A DNA stretch of 64,000 nt from Nitrospinaceae bacterium (GTDB lineage: Bacteria > Nitrospinota > Nitrospinia > Nitrospinales > Nitrospinaceae), in contig OZ245011.1 in assembly GCA_965223665.1 (NCBI GenBank), positions 3,616,001-3,680,000 on the forward strand, given 5' to 3'. The notes under the pieces are model-generated. The model saw only the letters and a list, made by a program, of their open reading frames with translations, made no database searches and had not been told where the DNA came from. Made by a program: the position numbers and the translations under genes. Of this stretch, positions 19,585 to 29,361 are shown one piece after another (position 1 is the stretch's first letter; each line of letters begins with the position of its first letter).

Positions 19585-20781
19585 TTAGCTTTTGGGGGAA
19601 AAGATTTTTTCAACAATGAATTTTGAAAATGGAAGGCAACTTGTAAAGGCTGGTGATACTGCGTTAAGTATGTGCAACGAACGATTATCAACATGCACAA
19701 CAAAATCGGATACTAAACTTTTAGTTTTCAAATTTATGAGTTGGGCTCGAATGCCGTTTAATTCTGATTTATAAAAAGAATTAGAATCTAATCCATAATA
19801 AAGTTTGCTTGCTTTTTTAATTAGTCGAGCTTTGGAAATTTTTCCAATCTCATTTAATGCGATTCGTTTATGATTGAAATCTGAATTGAAAAAAAACTGG
19901 GTTTGTCGCCATAAAATTTCTATAAATTCCTGAAGCTTGAAGTTTTTTAAATTTTTATATTGTTCTCGCCAAAGAGCAGGAATTGCCGTGGGGCCAATTT
20001 TAATGTGTTGATTCACTGTTGAAGTTAAGTGAACCCCCAGAAAAGGATTTTGAGAGGGCGGAACCGGATAAATATGTGTATTTAATTTTGGAACTTTCTT
20101 TTTTGAAATTAAATAAATCCCCTTAAATGGGACAATTTGATATTCCTTGCCAAATCCGAAGTCTTTGGCGATTAAATCTGCGTACAATCCCCCTGCGTTA
20201 ATTACAAAACCCGGAGTGTAATTTCCTTTTGATGTGGAAATAATGTTTCCAGTTTTTTTTAGATATCTAACTTTGGTATGTATTGAAACTCCTTTTTGTT
20301 GTGCATCGGTTTTTAGAGAGTTAAGAATTTCGACAGGATCAATAGTTGATGTTGTGGGTGAAAAAAGTGCCTTCTTAAAAGTCTTAACATTGGGTTCTAT
20401 TGACTTTGCTTCTTGTTCAGAAATTTCTTTTAAATGGACTTCATTAACTTGAGCACGGTTTAAAAGAGTCGCCATTTGATTTAAATCCTTTTGAGATTGC
20501 GCAACAATCAGTTTTCCGCAACGATTAATTTTTAATTTGTTGGAAAGGCAATATTCTGTTAATTGCTGATTGCCAGATTTACAAAATTGTGCTTTTAAGC
20601 TATCAGATGAGTAGTAAAATCCCGCATGCAATACTCCACTGTTACGTCCGCTCGCGTGCTGCCCGCATTGTTCTTCTTTTTCGATAAGAATGATAGAAGC
20701 TTTGGGACTTTGCTTTTTTAATTCTCGAGCAATACAGATCCCATTGATACCTCCACCGATGATTAAAAAATCTGGATTCAA
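19585..20781 (-). CDS. lhgO: L-2-hydroxyglutarate oxidase-like FAD oxidoreductase
   Basis: IIGGGING, HASGRNSGVLHAG, FLGVH, GIRAQ, NAVSPAFTS. Confidence 0.8.
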   Translation of the reverse strand: MNPDFLIIGGGINGICIARELKKQSPKASIILIEKEEQCGQHASGRNSGVLHAGFYYSSDSLKAQFCKSGNQQLTEYCLSNKLKINRCGKLIVAQSQKDLNQMATLLNRAQVNEVHLKEISEQEAKSIEPNVKTFKKALFSPTTSTIDPVEILNSLKTDAQQKGVSIHTKVRYLKKTGNIISTSKGNYTPGFVINAGGLYADLIAKDFGFGKEYQIVPFKGIYLISKKKVPKLNTHIYPVPPSQNPFLGVHLTSTVNQHIKIGPTAIPALWREQYKNLKNFKLQEFIEILWRQTQFFFNSDFNHKRIALNEIGKISKARLIKKASKLYYGLDSNSFYKSELNGIRAQLINLKTKSLVSDFVVHVDNRSLHILNAVSPAFTSCLPFSKFIVEKIFSPKS

Positions 20782-20983
20782 CGCAATATCCCTTTCTTTG
20801 GAAATTTTCTAGAAAACTTTTAAAAGAATGTTCTTTTCGATACAATAATCCTCAAAATGGAAAAATTAAAGTTAAATTAAATTTTTTTGGTCAATTATTA
20901 TCACATTTAAAAGGTTTGAGAAGAGACATTAGTATTAATTTTTAAATTAATTATTTTTGCACAATATTTGATATGGAAAAAAA

Positions 20984-22132
20984 TTGATTAAACGCCAGGA
21001 TATAGAAAAAACAGAAAAAAAATACTTGGCTTCTTATGCAACTAAAAGTGGAGAAAGTTTGGGTAGGAAGTTTCGGGAAAAGGAGCATGCCTATCGTACG
21101 CGGTTTCAGCGAGATCGTGATCGAGTGATTCACTCTTCTGCGTTTCGTAAATTGGAATATAAAACCCAGGTGTTTGTTTATCACGAAGGGGATTATTATA
21201 GAACTCGACTAACACATACATTAGAAGTGGCCCAGATTGCCCGATCCATATGTAAATCATTACAACTTAATGAAGATCTGGCCGAAGCTATAACATTAGC
21301 CCATGATTTGGGGCATCCTCCCTTTGGTCATACCGGACAACGAGTTTTAAACCATCTTATGAAAGATCATGAAGGATTTGAGCATAATAAGCAAAGCCTG
21401 CGTATTGTAAAGTTTTTAGAAAAACGATATCCAAAATTTGATGGTTTGAATTTAACTTGGGAAGTTCAGGAGGGGATTAGTAAGCACTCTAAGGATCCCG
21501 AAAATCCTCTTCTTAAAAATAAAGATTTCAAGTTTCCTACATTAGAAGGACAGGTTGCAGATTTTGCAGACAGTATTGCCTATAACGCACATGATTTAGA
21601 TGATGGAATCACTTCCAACTTACTTGACTTATCTCAACTACGAAAAGTTGAGTTGTGGCGAGAGAATGAAAAAATATTAGATCAAAAATATACTAATTTA
21701 GATTTTGACTTAAAAAAATATCAAGTAGTACGGAGTATCATTAATGATTTGATCACTGATTTTCGTAAGGCGACTCAAAGGAAAATAAAAAAGTACGATA
21801 TTCGTTCTGTGGATGATGTCAGAAAATGTGAGGTGTTATTAGCAGGATTTGGGAAAGAGTACACCGAAAAAAATCAGGAATTAAAAAAGTTTTTATTCAA
21901 GAATATGTACCATCATCGAAAAGTTCGCCGGATGGAGTTTAAGGCGGAACTTTATCTAACCGAGATCTTTAAAGCGTATCTTAAAATTCCGCAACTTTTA
22001 CCGGAAGCTGTTTTGAAAAGTAGGCCACAAGATTCCCTCAAACGTCGAATTTGTGATTATATATCAAGTTTAACGGACCGATCTTCGATAGATGAATATA
22101 AAAAGCTATATAGTCCAGATGAAAATGATTAA
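20984..22132 (+). CDS. dgt: deoxyguanosinetriphosphate triphosphohydrolase (HD family)
   Basis: FQRDRDRVIHS.AFRKL, RTRLTHTLEV, AHDLGHPPFGH, FEHN. Confidence 0.9.
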   Translation: MIKRQDIEKTEKKYLASYATKSGESLGRKFREKEHAYRTRFQRDRDRVIHSSAFRKLEYKTQVFVYHEGDYYRTRLTHTLEVAQIARSICKSLQLNEDLAEAITLAHDLGHPPFGHTGQRVLNHLMKDHEGFEHNKQSLRIVKFLEKRYPKFDGLNLTWEVQEGISKHSKDPENPLLKNKDFKFPTLEGQVADFADSIAYNAHDLDDGITSNLLDLSQLRKVELWRENEKILDQKYTNLDFDLKKYQVVRSIINDLITDFRKATQRKIKKYDIRSVDDVRKCEVLLAGFGKEYTEKNQELKKFLFKNMYHHRKVRRMEFKAELYLTEIFKAYLKIPQLLPEAVLKSRPQDSLKRRICDYISSLTDRSSIDEYKKLYSPDEND

Positions 22133-22207
22133 GAAATAAAATTTCCGCGTTAAAGTTAAAATTAGAAAAACAGATTATTTATTGTGGGATCAATAAAAGG
22201 AGAAAAC

Positions 22208-22522
22208 ATGATATTGACAAACATCGAAACCATCCCAGGAATGGAAATTGTTCAGCATCATGGTGTGGTTTCTGGAAGTACGGTGCGTGCGAAACATGTC
22301 GGTAAGGATATTTGGGCTGGCATTAAAAATGTTTTTGGTGGTGAGCTTAAGGGATATACAGAGTTGCTATCGGAATCCAGAGAGGAAGCTGTTTCAAGAA
22401 TGAAAAGCCAGGCAAAACAAATGGGAGCTAATGCAGTTTTAAATGTTAGGTTTTCGACTTCATCGGTAGCGGCTGGGGCAGCGGAGTTATATGTTTATGG
22501 AACCGCTGTTACGGTTAAATAA
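22208..22522 (+). CDS. YbjQ/UPF0145 family protein
   Basis: GSTVRAKHVGKD..AGIKNVFGGELKGYT...GANAVLNVRF...YGTAV. Confidence 0.9.
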   Translation: MILTNIETIPGMEIVQHHGVVSGSTVRAKHVGKDIWAGIKNVFGGELKGYTELLSESREEAVSRMKSQAKQMGANAVLNVRFSTSSVAAGAAELYVYGTAVTVK

Positions 22523-22534
22523 GGAGACATTGTT

Positions 22535-22981
22535 TTGGACAATTTAATAATATTTTTGTTTTTATTATTGCTGGGATATTTCTTTGGGAAACGAGCGGAA
22601 AAGAAACATTACCAAAGTATTATTCAGAGAGAAAAGGCAATGCAAAAACTGCCTACAATTGCATTGAAAAAACCTTTGCCGTCGAGTGCCAGGTTAGTGA
22701 AGTCAGAATTGGTCACGGGTTCAGTGGTAATTTCAATTGACTATTTCAAACGATTACTGGCGGGGTTAAGAAATTTGTTTGGGGGAAATGTTGCTTCATA
22801 TGAAACATTAGTGGATCGTGCCCGAAGAGAAGCAATATTAAGGATGAAGGAAAGTTGCCCTCAAGCAGGTCAAATAATTAATCTAAGAATTGAAACCTCA
22901 TCAATTTCAAAGAATGCCCAAAAAGGAGCGGTTGGAAGTGTAGAAGTTTTGGCTTATGGAACTGCGCTTACCTTCGAGTAA
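22535..22981 (+). CDS. membrane-anchored YbjQ family protein
   Basis: N-terminal TM, then GSVVISIDYFKR..GG.V.SYE.L.DRARREA...YGTA. Confidence 0.85.
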   Translation: MDNLIIFLFLLLLGYFFGKRAEKKHYQSIIQREKAMQKLPTIALKKPLPSSARLVKSELVTGSVVISIDYFKRLLAGLRNLFGGNVASYETLVDRARREAILRMKESCPQAGQIINLRIETSSISKNAQKGAVGSVEVLAYGTALTFE

Positions 22982-22989
22982 TTAAAAAA

Positions 22990-23802
22990 ATGGAATACTC
23001 CGGAAACCTACCTGAATCCAATGATAATGTTACTCATGAATCTCCTCTAAAAGAATTTTTTGTTTTATTGATTGCCTTATTGGTAATTATTTTTGGAGTA
23101 TACTATGCATTAGGTTTCGCGGTGGATTATTCCATAAGGAAGCTTTCTCCCGAAACTGAAATAGCGCTTTTTAAATCTGTAAAAAGTCAATTAACTCAAT
23201 TAAAAACTTCCGATACGCAAACAGAATATCTGCAAAGTATTGTGGATCAATTGCAACGAGACTGCGTTTCTCTACCCTACAAAGTGAAGGTTTATGTGGT
23301 TGAACAATCCATTCCCAATGCGATGGCTATGTTTGGTGGAAATGTAATTGTTTATTCTGGATTGTTACCTCTACTTAAATCAGAAAATGCCCTTTCTTTT
23401 GTATTAGGTCATGAGCTGGGGCACTTCAAAAATAGAGATCATTTGAGAGGCTTAGGTCGATCCTTAGTATTAGTCACTTTGTCGGCCATTATATTTGGTC
23501 CGGATAGTGGGATTAGCGGATTTTTGGCAGGGACCATAAATTTAGCAGAATCTAGCCATTCTCGAAGTCAAGAATCGAAAGCAGATGAAGTTGCTTTAGA
23601 TGCGTTAAATTGTCGCTATGGGCATGTTGCGGGTGCCACAGGATTTTTTGAGGAAATGCTAAAACTGGACAACCTTCCTAAATTTGCAGAATTTATATCG
23701 ACACATCCTCACAACGAAAATCGAATAGAAAAAATAAAGTCTTTAAGTAAATCACTTGGATACAAGAAAAAAACTACTACTCCTTTAAAAAGAAATACTT
23801 GA
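22990..23802 (+). CDS. M48 family zinc metallopeptidase
   Basis: PNAMA, HELGH, QESKAD, STHP. Confidence 0.9.
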   Translation: MEYSGNLPESNDNVTHESPLKEFFVLLIALLVIIFGVYYALGFAVDYSIRKLSPETEIALFKSVKSQLTQLKTSDTQTEYLQSIVDQLQRDCVSLPYKVKVYVVEQSIPNAMAMFGGNVIVYSGLLPLLKSENALSFVLGHELGHFKNRDHLRGLGRSLVLVTLSAIIFGPDSGISGFLAGTINLAESSHSRSQESKADEVALDALNCRYGHVAGATGFFEEMLKLDNLPKFAEFISTHPHNENRIEKIKSLSKSLGYKKKTTTPLKRNT

Positions 23803-23806
23803 ATTG

Positions 23807-23834
23807 AAAAAAGGGCCATCGCATTGATGACCCC
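23807..23834 (-). terminator. intrinsic terminator for the small upstream ORF
   Basis: Minus strand GGGTCATC-AATGC-GATGGCCC-TTTTTT. Confidence 0.65.
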
Positions 23835-23867
23835 CAGACAAAAAAATAAGATTAGGTGAAAAAAGTT

Positions 23868-23972
23868 TTACTCTATATTTTTTCCTAAAAAGAAAATAAA
23901 TGCAATTCCCGCCAGACCTGCCAAGGCGGCCATTAAAAAACTACCTGTTGATCCAATCTCAATCCATTCCAT
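23868..23972 (-). CDS. 34-aa small membrane protein, not in the ORF track
   Basis: MEWIEIGSTGSFLMAALAGLAGIAFIFFLGKNIE*, AGGAGG RBS, single hydrophobic helix, own terminator. Confidence 0.7.
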   Translation of the reverse strand: MEWIEIGSTGSFLMAALAGLAGIAFIFFLGKNIE

Positions 23973-24199
23973 AGGAGACCTCCTAATAAAGGATTTAAAT
24001 TGCAAGACACAGCCCCTGCAATTCTTTTATTATTCCCAAATATGTGGACCAGAAATCATCTTGTCAATACTAGCAAAACTATTGAAAAATAAAAGTTTTG
24101 AAATGTCATGTGTAATTTGAATGTTATGGAAAGGATGAATATTAATAAATGTTGTACTAAAATTATGCTGAATTTAAATTAAGGTAATAGAGTTAATTC

Positions 24200-25264
24200 A
24201 TGAAAAGAAGAGAGAGTTTTTTAATAGTATTCTTCATATTTTTTTTCAGCGGTTCTATCACTTTTGCCCAGTCCGGTTGGGAGAAATTATATCAAGAAGG
24301 TTTGAAGCTTTCTTTAAAGGGATTTTCTCTGGAAGCAGTGCAAAAATACCAGGGGGCCATAGAGTTAAAAGCAGATTACCCGGAAGCGCATCATGCCTTG
24401 GGTGTCTTATATTTTAGAATGGGAAAAGGACCGGATGCCATAACCCATTTCCGTTCAGCAGAGAGCCTTTATTTGGGAAAGGAAGATGACTCTTCTAAAA
24501 AGAATTTAGAGATTGTCCGACGAAATTTAAAAAAAGCATATAAGGCTTTTAAATTAAGTTCAAAAGATTTTGATCAATTGGATTTAATGGCTCACCTTCA
24601 AAGTGACTCGAATTGGGTGAAATCAGGAATTGGTTTTTATATAGGAAATGAAGGTCATTTTCTTACACCGCTCCATGTAATAAATGGCGCAGAAAAAATC
24701 CGATTAACTACGAATAATTCCGGAGAAGTTCCAGCAAAACTGATTGCTTCGTTTATAATTTATGATTTGGCAATACTGAAGGTACAGAATCCCCCCATGG
24801 AAAGGGAAAAAGGTTTGGACTTTGCAGATTCTTCTTCTGTCAGTCTAAAAGAAATGGTTTATACCATTCCGATTCCCCTTCCCAGTTCATCTGACTATCA
24901 CTTGACTCAAGGTTCTCTCCTCAAAATAAACGCTATTGAAAATAATCAAAGAATGTTTTTAATTGATATACCTATCAGTCAAGAAAATGATGGATTACCT
25001 TTGCTGAATGATAATGGAGAAGTATTAGGGATAATATTTTCTAAAGAATCTATAAAGAAAAATTTTCCCAAAATCATTACAAGCCAAGAAAAAGCAAGTA
25101 TGGTTGTAAAATCTAATTATTTTATGAAGTTATGGAAAAATAAATTAAATTTGGATAGTGAAAGTGAAGACAAAGATACTCAGGATAATAAAACAAGGCT
25201 GAATGAAAAGGATTTAAAATCTCATATTCTTCAAAGTGTAGCCATAGTTGAGGTAAAAAAATAA
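24200..25264 (+). CDS. exported TPR + trypsin-like (S1C-type) domain protein, probably catalytically inactive
   Basis: Signal peptide, TPR, then GIGF, TPLHVI and DLAILK, but ENDGLPL where GNSGGPL is expected. Confidence 0.75.
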   Translation: MKRRESFLIVFFIFFFSGSITFAQSGWEKLYQEGLKLSLKGFSLEAVQKYQGAIELKADYPEAHHALGVLYFRMGKGPDAITHFRSAESLYLGKEDDSSKKNLEIVRRNLKKAYKAFKLSSKDFDQLDLMAHLQSDSNWVKSGIGFYIGNEGHFLTPLHVINGAEKIRLTTNNSGEVPAKLIASFIIYDLAILKVQNPPMEREKGLDFADSSSVSLKEMVYTIPIPLPSSSDYHLTQGSLLKINAIENNQRMFLIDIPISQENDGLPLLNDNGEVLGIIFSKESIKKNFPKIITSQEKASMVVKSNYFMKLWKNKLNLDSESEDKDTQDNKTRLNEKDLKSHILQSVAIVEVKK

Positions 25265-25912
25265 TTGATTTGTATTTTAAAAATGAAACTTTTTAAATTA
25301 GCAACTTTTGTTTTTCCATTGTTGTTGTTGGGTTTGAGTAAGGGATTTTGTGCTCAAGCAACTATTTGGTTAGCTAAGGATGTTAATTATCCTGGTTGGG
25401 TTTCTTGGGAAAGTGATTCTCTAAAAATTGACCATTTATGTTTTTTAGGTAAGTCAGCAAAGGGTTTATTAGATGATAAAAGTCTGGATGTATTGGCTAA
25501 AAATGATATTCCTGAAGGTGAATATATGATTTCCGATTCTATTCCAGAAGAAAAATGGCCAAAATCTCCCTTTGTTAAAAATAGCGCCCTTCGATTTAAA
25601 CCTATTTCTCCACAAGCGGTAAAAGCTTTCAAAAAAGAAACATTTGTGGGATTTACCATACATGGTAAAGATTTTTTTCCGCTCGTTACAATGTATGTGA
25701 AAGATTCAAAAATGATAGAATTTTATAATAAACAATTTTTTAAAAACTTAACTTCCCGTTGGAGAGGATTAAGAATTTCAAATTGGGATATGGATCGATT
25801 GTATGATTTTTGGACCAAAGTAAGTATTCCTCAGAGCCAATGGAAGGTAGAAATAAAGCAGGTTGAGGCTTTAATTTCTGAAAAAAAATGTAAACCTTCT
25901 GCTGTTAAATAA
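25265..25912 (+). CDS. exported hypothetical protein, possibly a degenerate L,D-transpeptidase-like fold
   Basis: Signal peptide; IPEGEY, FTIHG, GLRISNWDMDRLY. Confidence 0.6.
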   Translation: MICILKMKLFKLATFVFPLLLLGLSKGFCAQATIWLAKDVNYPGWVSWESDSLKIDHLCFLGKSAKGLLDDKSLDVLAKNDIPEGEYMISDSIPEEKWPKSPFVKNSALRFKPISPQAVKAFKKETFVGFTIHGKDFFPLVTMYVKDSKMIEFYNKQFFKNLTSRWRGLRISNWDMDRLYDFWTKVSIPQSQWKVEIKQVEALISEKKCKPSAVK

Positions 25913-25932
25913 AAATTTAATTTGTTAGAAAA

Positions 25933-26907
25933 TCAAAAATAAAGATCGCTAACCTCACCAGCGTAGCCATTAAATTTTAAGGTTGGAATTTTCCTGTTTT
26001 TTCCTAAATCCAATTCCATCCTTTGATCCCACCTGGCATAGGGTGTGCTTGGATCCACATTAGCCCAAAAATCATATTCTAAAGGAGAAACTGTTTGCCA
26101 AAAAGTTGGAGGTTCATCCCGAGTGAATTCAATTGAGGTTATCGATTTAATACTCTTAAAACCATATTTCCAAGGAATTACCAGGCGAATAGGAGCGCCA
26201 TTTTGGTTTTGTAAAGATTTTCCATACATTCCAGTGGCAACAAATGACAGGCTATGCATTGCTTCCTTTAGGCTTAATCCTTCTGAATAGGGCCAAGGTT
26301 CCCAAAACCGTTGTTTTTGTCCTAATGCAATATTGGGATCAAGAAAAGTTTTGAACTTTATATACCTTGCAGTAGAAAGTGGTTCCACCAGATCAATTAA
26401 AAGTTTTAGTGGAAATCCTTTCCAGGGGATGACCACAGACCAACCTTCGACACAACGCAATCGATAAATCCGTTCTTCTTGAGGAAGATATTTAATCAAC
26501 TGATAAAAATCAAGTACCTGATGATTTTTAACTAAACCCTCGATACGTATTTCCCAGGGATTCGTTTTTAGAGCTTGGGCTTGTTTCCAAATTACACTTT
26601 TGTTCGTACTGAATTCATAAAAGTTGTTGTAATGAGTAACTAGTTTTTTAGAGGTGACTTCTTCCTTTTTGATAAAATTTTGTGGATTGTTTTGGGAATC
26701 GGAAGTTTGGGCGATGGCACTTGAAACCCTGGTCAAAGGTTGCAAAAAAGAAGTGGATATTCCGAATAGTGCCACTTTGCCCAATCCTTTTATAAACTTT
26801 CTTCTGTCGCAGTAAATACTTTCCGGGGTTACTTCTTTCGCAGGAATTTCCCAAGATTTAGGAATTTGTATATTTGGAGATCTATTATTTCTATTTGGTA
26901 GTTTCAT
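25933..26907 (-). CDS. msrP: protein-methionine-sulfoxide reductase catalytic subunit
   Basis: Tat motif DRRKFIK; YNNFYEF, RLRCVEGWS, QNGAPIRLVIPWKYGFKSIKSI. Confidence 0.95.
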   Translation of the reverse strand: MKLPNRNNRSPNIQIPKSWEIPAKEVTPESIYCDRRKFIKGLGKVALFGISTSFLQPLTRVSSAIAQTSDSQNNPQNFIKKEEVTSKKLVTHYNNFYEFSTNKSVIWKQAQALKTNPWEIRIEGLVKNHQVLDFYQLIKYLPQEERIYRLRCVEGWSVVIPWKGFPLKLLIDLVEPLSTARYIKFKTFLDPNIALGQKQRFWEPWPYSEGLSLKEAMHSLSFVATGMYGKSLQNQNGAPIRLVIPWKYGFKSIKSITSIEFTRDEPPTFWQTVSPLEYDFWANVDPSTPYARWDQRMELDLGKNRKIPTLKFNGYAGEVSDLYF

Positions 26908-26922
26908 TAATTGTGGCTATGG

Positions 26923-27678
26923 TTAATTCCCAGGTTTATCAGGAACATCGTAAGCACACCTAAATCCAACTGAATTTAATTTTATTTGAGGAGCTAATTT
27001 AAACCGTCTGCCAACATGAGTATAATAACCAGGGTTGTACCAACTACCTCCACGGACAACCTTTTGTATTCCGGATTTGGGGCCTTTAGGATTTTTTTTC
27101 TCTTTATTTGAGTAAGCTTCATACCAGTCGCCCACCCATTCCCACACATTTCCACTCATGTGATGAAGACCGTATCCATTAGGGGAAAATGTGTCCACCG
27201 GAACCGGACCCGTATCAAAAGACTTCTCAAAATGACCTTTGCTTAACTGAATTTTAGGTCCAAAAGAAAAGTTCCACTTTTTGGGTCCACGAGCAGCTTT
27301 CTCCCACTCAGCCTCCGTGGGGAGCCTTCCACCTTTAAACCGGCAATAGGATTCAGCTTCATACCAACTTACCAACGTTACAGGACAATTTTTGCATTCA
27401 GAATGAATGGAGCTATTTGAAATTTGACGAAATAAATTGAATGCCTGTTTTGAGACTTCAAATTTATCAATATAAAATGCATTCACCCAAACATTTCTAA
27501 TGGGACGCTCCTCCATATTGCCGTCCTTGGTTCCCATTAGAAATTTTCCGGATGGAATAAAAGCAGAATCCGAAGGAATATTTTCCTGAGCTATCGAAGA
27601 ATCTGATTTTGCTAATAAACAAAAGCTAAAAAATATCCATGCTATTTTTAGAAAAAATGGTGATTTATTTATGGTCAT
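26923..27678 (-). CDS. exported FGE-sulfatase domain (SUMF1/EgtB/PvdO-like) protein
   Basis: F.MG, RLPTEAEWEKAARG, NGYGLHHMSGNVWEW, RGGSW, GFRC. Confidence 0.9.
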   Translation of the reverse strand: MTINKSPFFLKIAWIFFSFCLLAKSDSSIAQENIPSDSAFIPSGKFLMGTKDGNMEERPIRNVWVNAFYIDKFEVSKQAFNLFRQISNSSIHSECKNCPVTLVSWYEAESYCRFKGGRLPTEAEWEKAARGPKKWNFSFGPKIQLSKGHFEKSFDTGPVPVDTFSPNGYGLHHMSGNVWEWVGDWYEAYSNKEKKNPKGPKSGIQKVVRGGSWYNPGYYTHVGRRFKLAPQIKLNSVGFRCAYDVPDKPGN

Positions 27679-29230
27679 TTTTTAAAATCATTTGATGCCA
27701 AAAGCTGACTGCTTTTTTTGCATTTTTATCTTCGCGGCTTCCGTCCCAAATGGCAAAACTTATAAGCAAAGGAATATTAATTTGAAATTGAATATCTTTA
27801 TTATCCAAAGTTAATAAGTCACGAACAAATACTACTGTCCATTTCCCGTTCACCCAATTTGCTTTTCCATTTAGAATCTGGCTTTGTAAAGGTTGGATTA
27901 CTAAATTTCCAAGTCCCTCAGCATTTAATTCCTCAACAGAAGTTTCTTTAAATGGATTTACAAACAAAATATTATTTGGTTTGTTCAATGAAAACTTTAA
28001 TTCCTGATTTTTGGCTTTTGCCTTCCAGTGCCAAATATTTACAGGTTTTGAGGGATGACCCATTCCAAAAAAAGGCCCTTTAATCAAAGGTTGGGTGCCT
28101 AAAGCAAACTGAATTGCCGCAGAGTCTATAAAATGTTGGCCTTTTTTAATCGTGTTATCTTCAGAAAGGTCCTCCCAGGTAAGACGGATAGCAATTTGAT
28201 TTTGATTGAAAATAGATTGAATCCAAATAAAATTTATACTTTTCTTCTCTGCTTGCAAAGCTAACATTTTAATTTTTGATTTTGGGATATTATCCCAGAT
28301 TAAATTATTAGGTTGGACAGTAAGTGGTTCCGCAGTCCATTTCGAAATTATAGGAGTAACAAAATCATTAGGGAAGCTTTTTGACAGTTCAGTTATGTGT
28401 TGAGACTGTAAAAAATGAACTAGATGCCAGAGTTCGTCTTCATTTAAAAAATCATAAGCAGACATTGAGGTCCCATCAATTCCTGTTACGAGTGTTTTAT
28501 AAATGTTTTCTGAGGAGGATCCTGCTTTGTATAAGAAGGGATTTCTCAAATCAAAGACATAAGATGTCTCTCCCCAAGTATCATTTAAAGAATCTTCGAG
28601 AATCCCGGATCGTTCTCCTTCTTTACCATGACAACGGCCACATCGCAATTGTCGATATAATTCTCTGCCATAAGAAATCGAATTTCCATCATATGGAAGT
28701 TCAGCATTTATTTTGATTTGGAAATTTGGGATTTCCTGGTCAAACCTAGGGGAAAAAGATTTAATGTAAGTGATAATCGAATCAATATTTTCTTTGGAGA
28801 GGACTTTTCCCATAGCAGGCATCGAGGTTCCTGGTATCCCTTGGTATATGGTATTAAACAAGTCTTCGTTTAATGGTAGAGAATTGTTTTGAGTAGAGTG
28901 AAATTTAAAAATTCCTCGACTGATATCTCTAGGTTTAGGCGTTAAATAATAGGAGGTTGTGCCGTCTCCTTTTCCTTTTTTTCCATGACAATGACTGCAG
29001 AAGCGTTTGTATAGAAATTTTCCGTTTTCAAATTTTTTATTACTTTTTTGGGATTGATGGAGTTTTTCACTATCTGGTAGGGTGTCCTCAATCATTTTTT
29101 CAACCTTACGTGATTCAACAGCTGAAGTAATCGAGGGATAAATTAAAAAGATGGAAAGAAAATATATTACCCAAGGACGGGAGCAAGAAAAAAAAATGAG
29201 AATTTTTTGTTGAGTTGCCCCTTGCATCAA
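27665..29230 (-). CDS. diheme c-type cytochrome fused to an ethylbenzene-dehydrogenase-gamma-like (DOMON heme b) domain
   Basis: CSHCH and CGRCH each followed by GTSM; C-terminal IRLTWED, AAIQF, FGMG, VNIWHWKA, WTVVFVR, FAIWDG. Confidence 0.85.
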   Translation of the reverse strand: MMQGATQQKILIFFSCSRPWVIYFLSIFLIYPSITSAVESRKVEKMIEDTLPDSEKLHQSQKSNKKFENGKFLYKRFCSHCHGKKGKGDGTTSYYLTPKPRDISRGIFKFHSTQNNSLPLNEDLFNTIYQGIPGTSMPAMGKVLSKENIDSIITYIKSFSPRFDQEIPNFQIKINAELPYDGNSISYGRELYRQLRCGRCHGKEGERSGILEDSLNDTWGETSYVFDLRNPFLYKAGSSSENIYKTLVTGIDGTSMSAYDFLNEDELWHLVHFLQSQHITELSKSFPNDFVTPIISKWTAEPLTVQPNNLIWDNIPKSKIKMLALQAEKKSINFIWIQSIFNQNQIAIRLTWEDLSEDNTIKKGQHFIDSAAIQFALGTQPLIKGPFFGMGHPSKPVNIWHWKAKAKNQELKFSLNKPNNILFVNPFKETSVEELNAEGLGNLVIQPLQSQILNGKANWVNGKWTVVFVRDLLTLDNKDIQFQINIPLLISFAIWDGSREDKNAKKAVSFWHQMILKNDHK

Positions 29231-29361
29231 GAAACTCCTAACAAATTTTTTTTATATTAACATACTGGTTTTACTAATTTAGAGAGGAAAATGCCAAGAA
29301 TTTTGGAAAATTGTAAATAAGTTTCTTGAAGGTTAAAATAGGACCAAAATTTTAGATATAA

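Noticed and set aside
20984-22132. dGTPase as an anti-phage defence gene
   Set aside because: Looks like the common short housekeeping form and has no defence-island context
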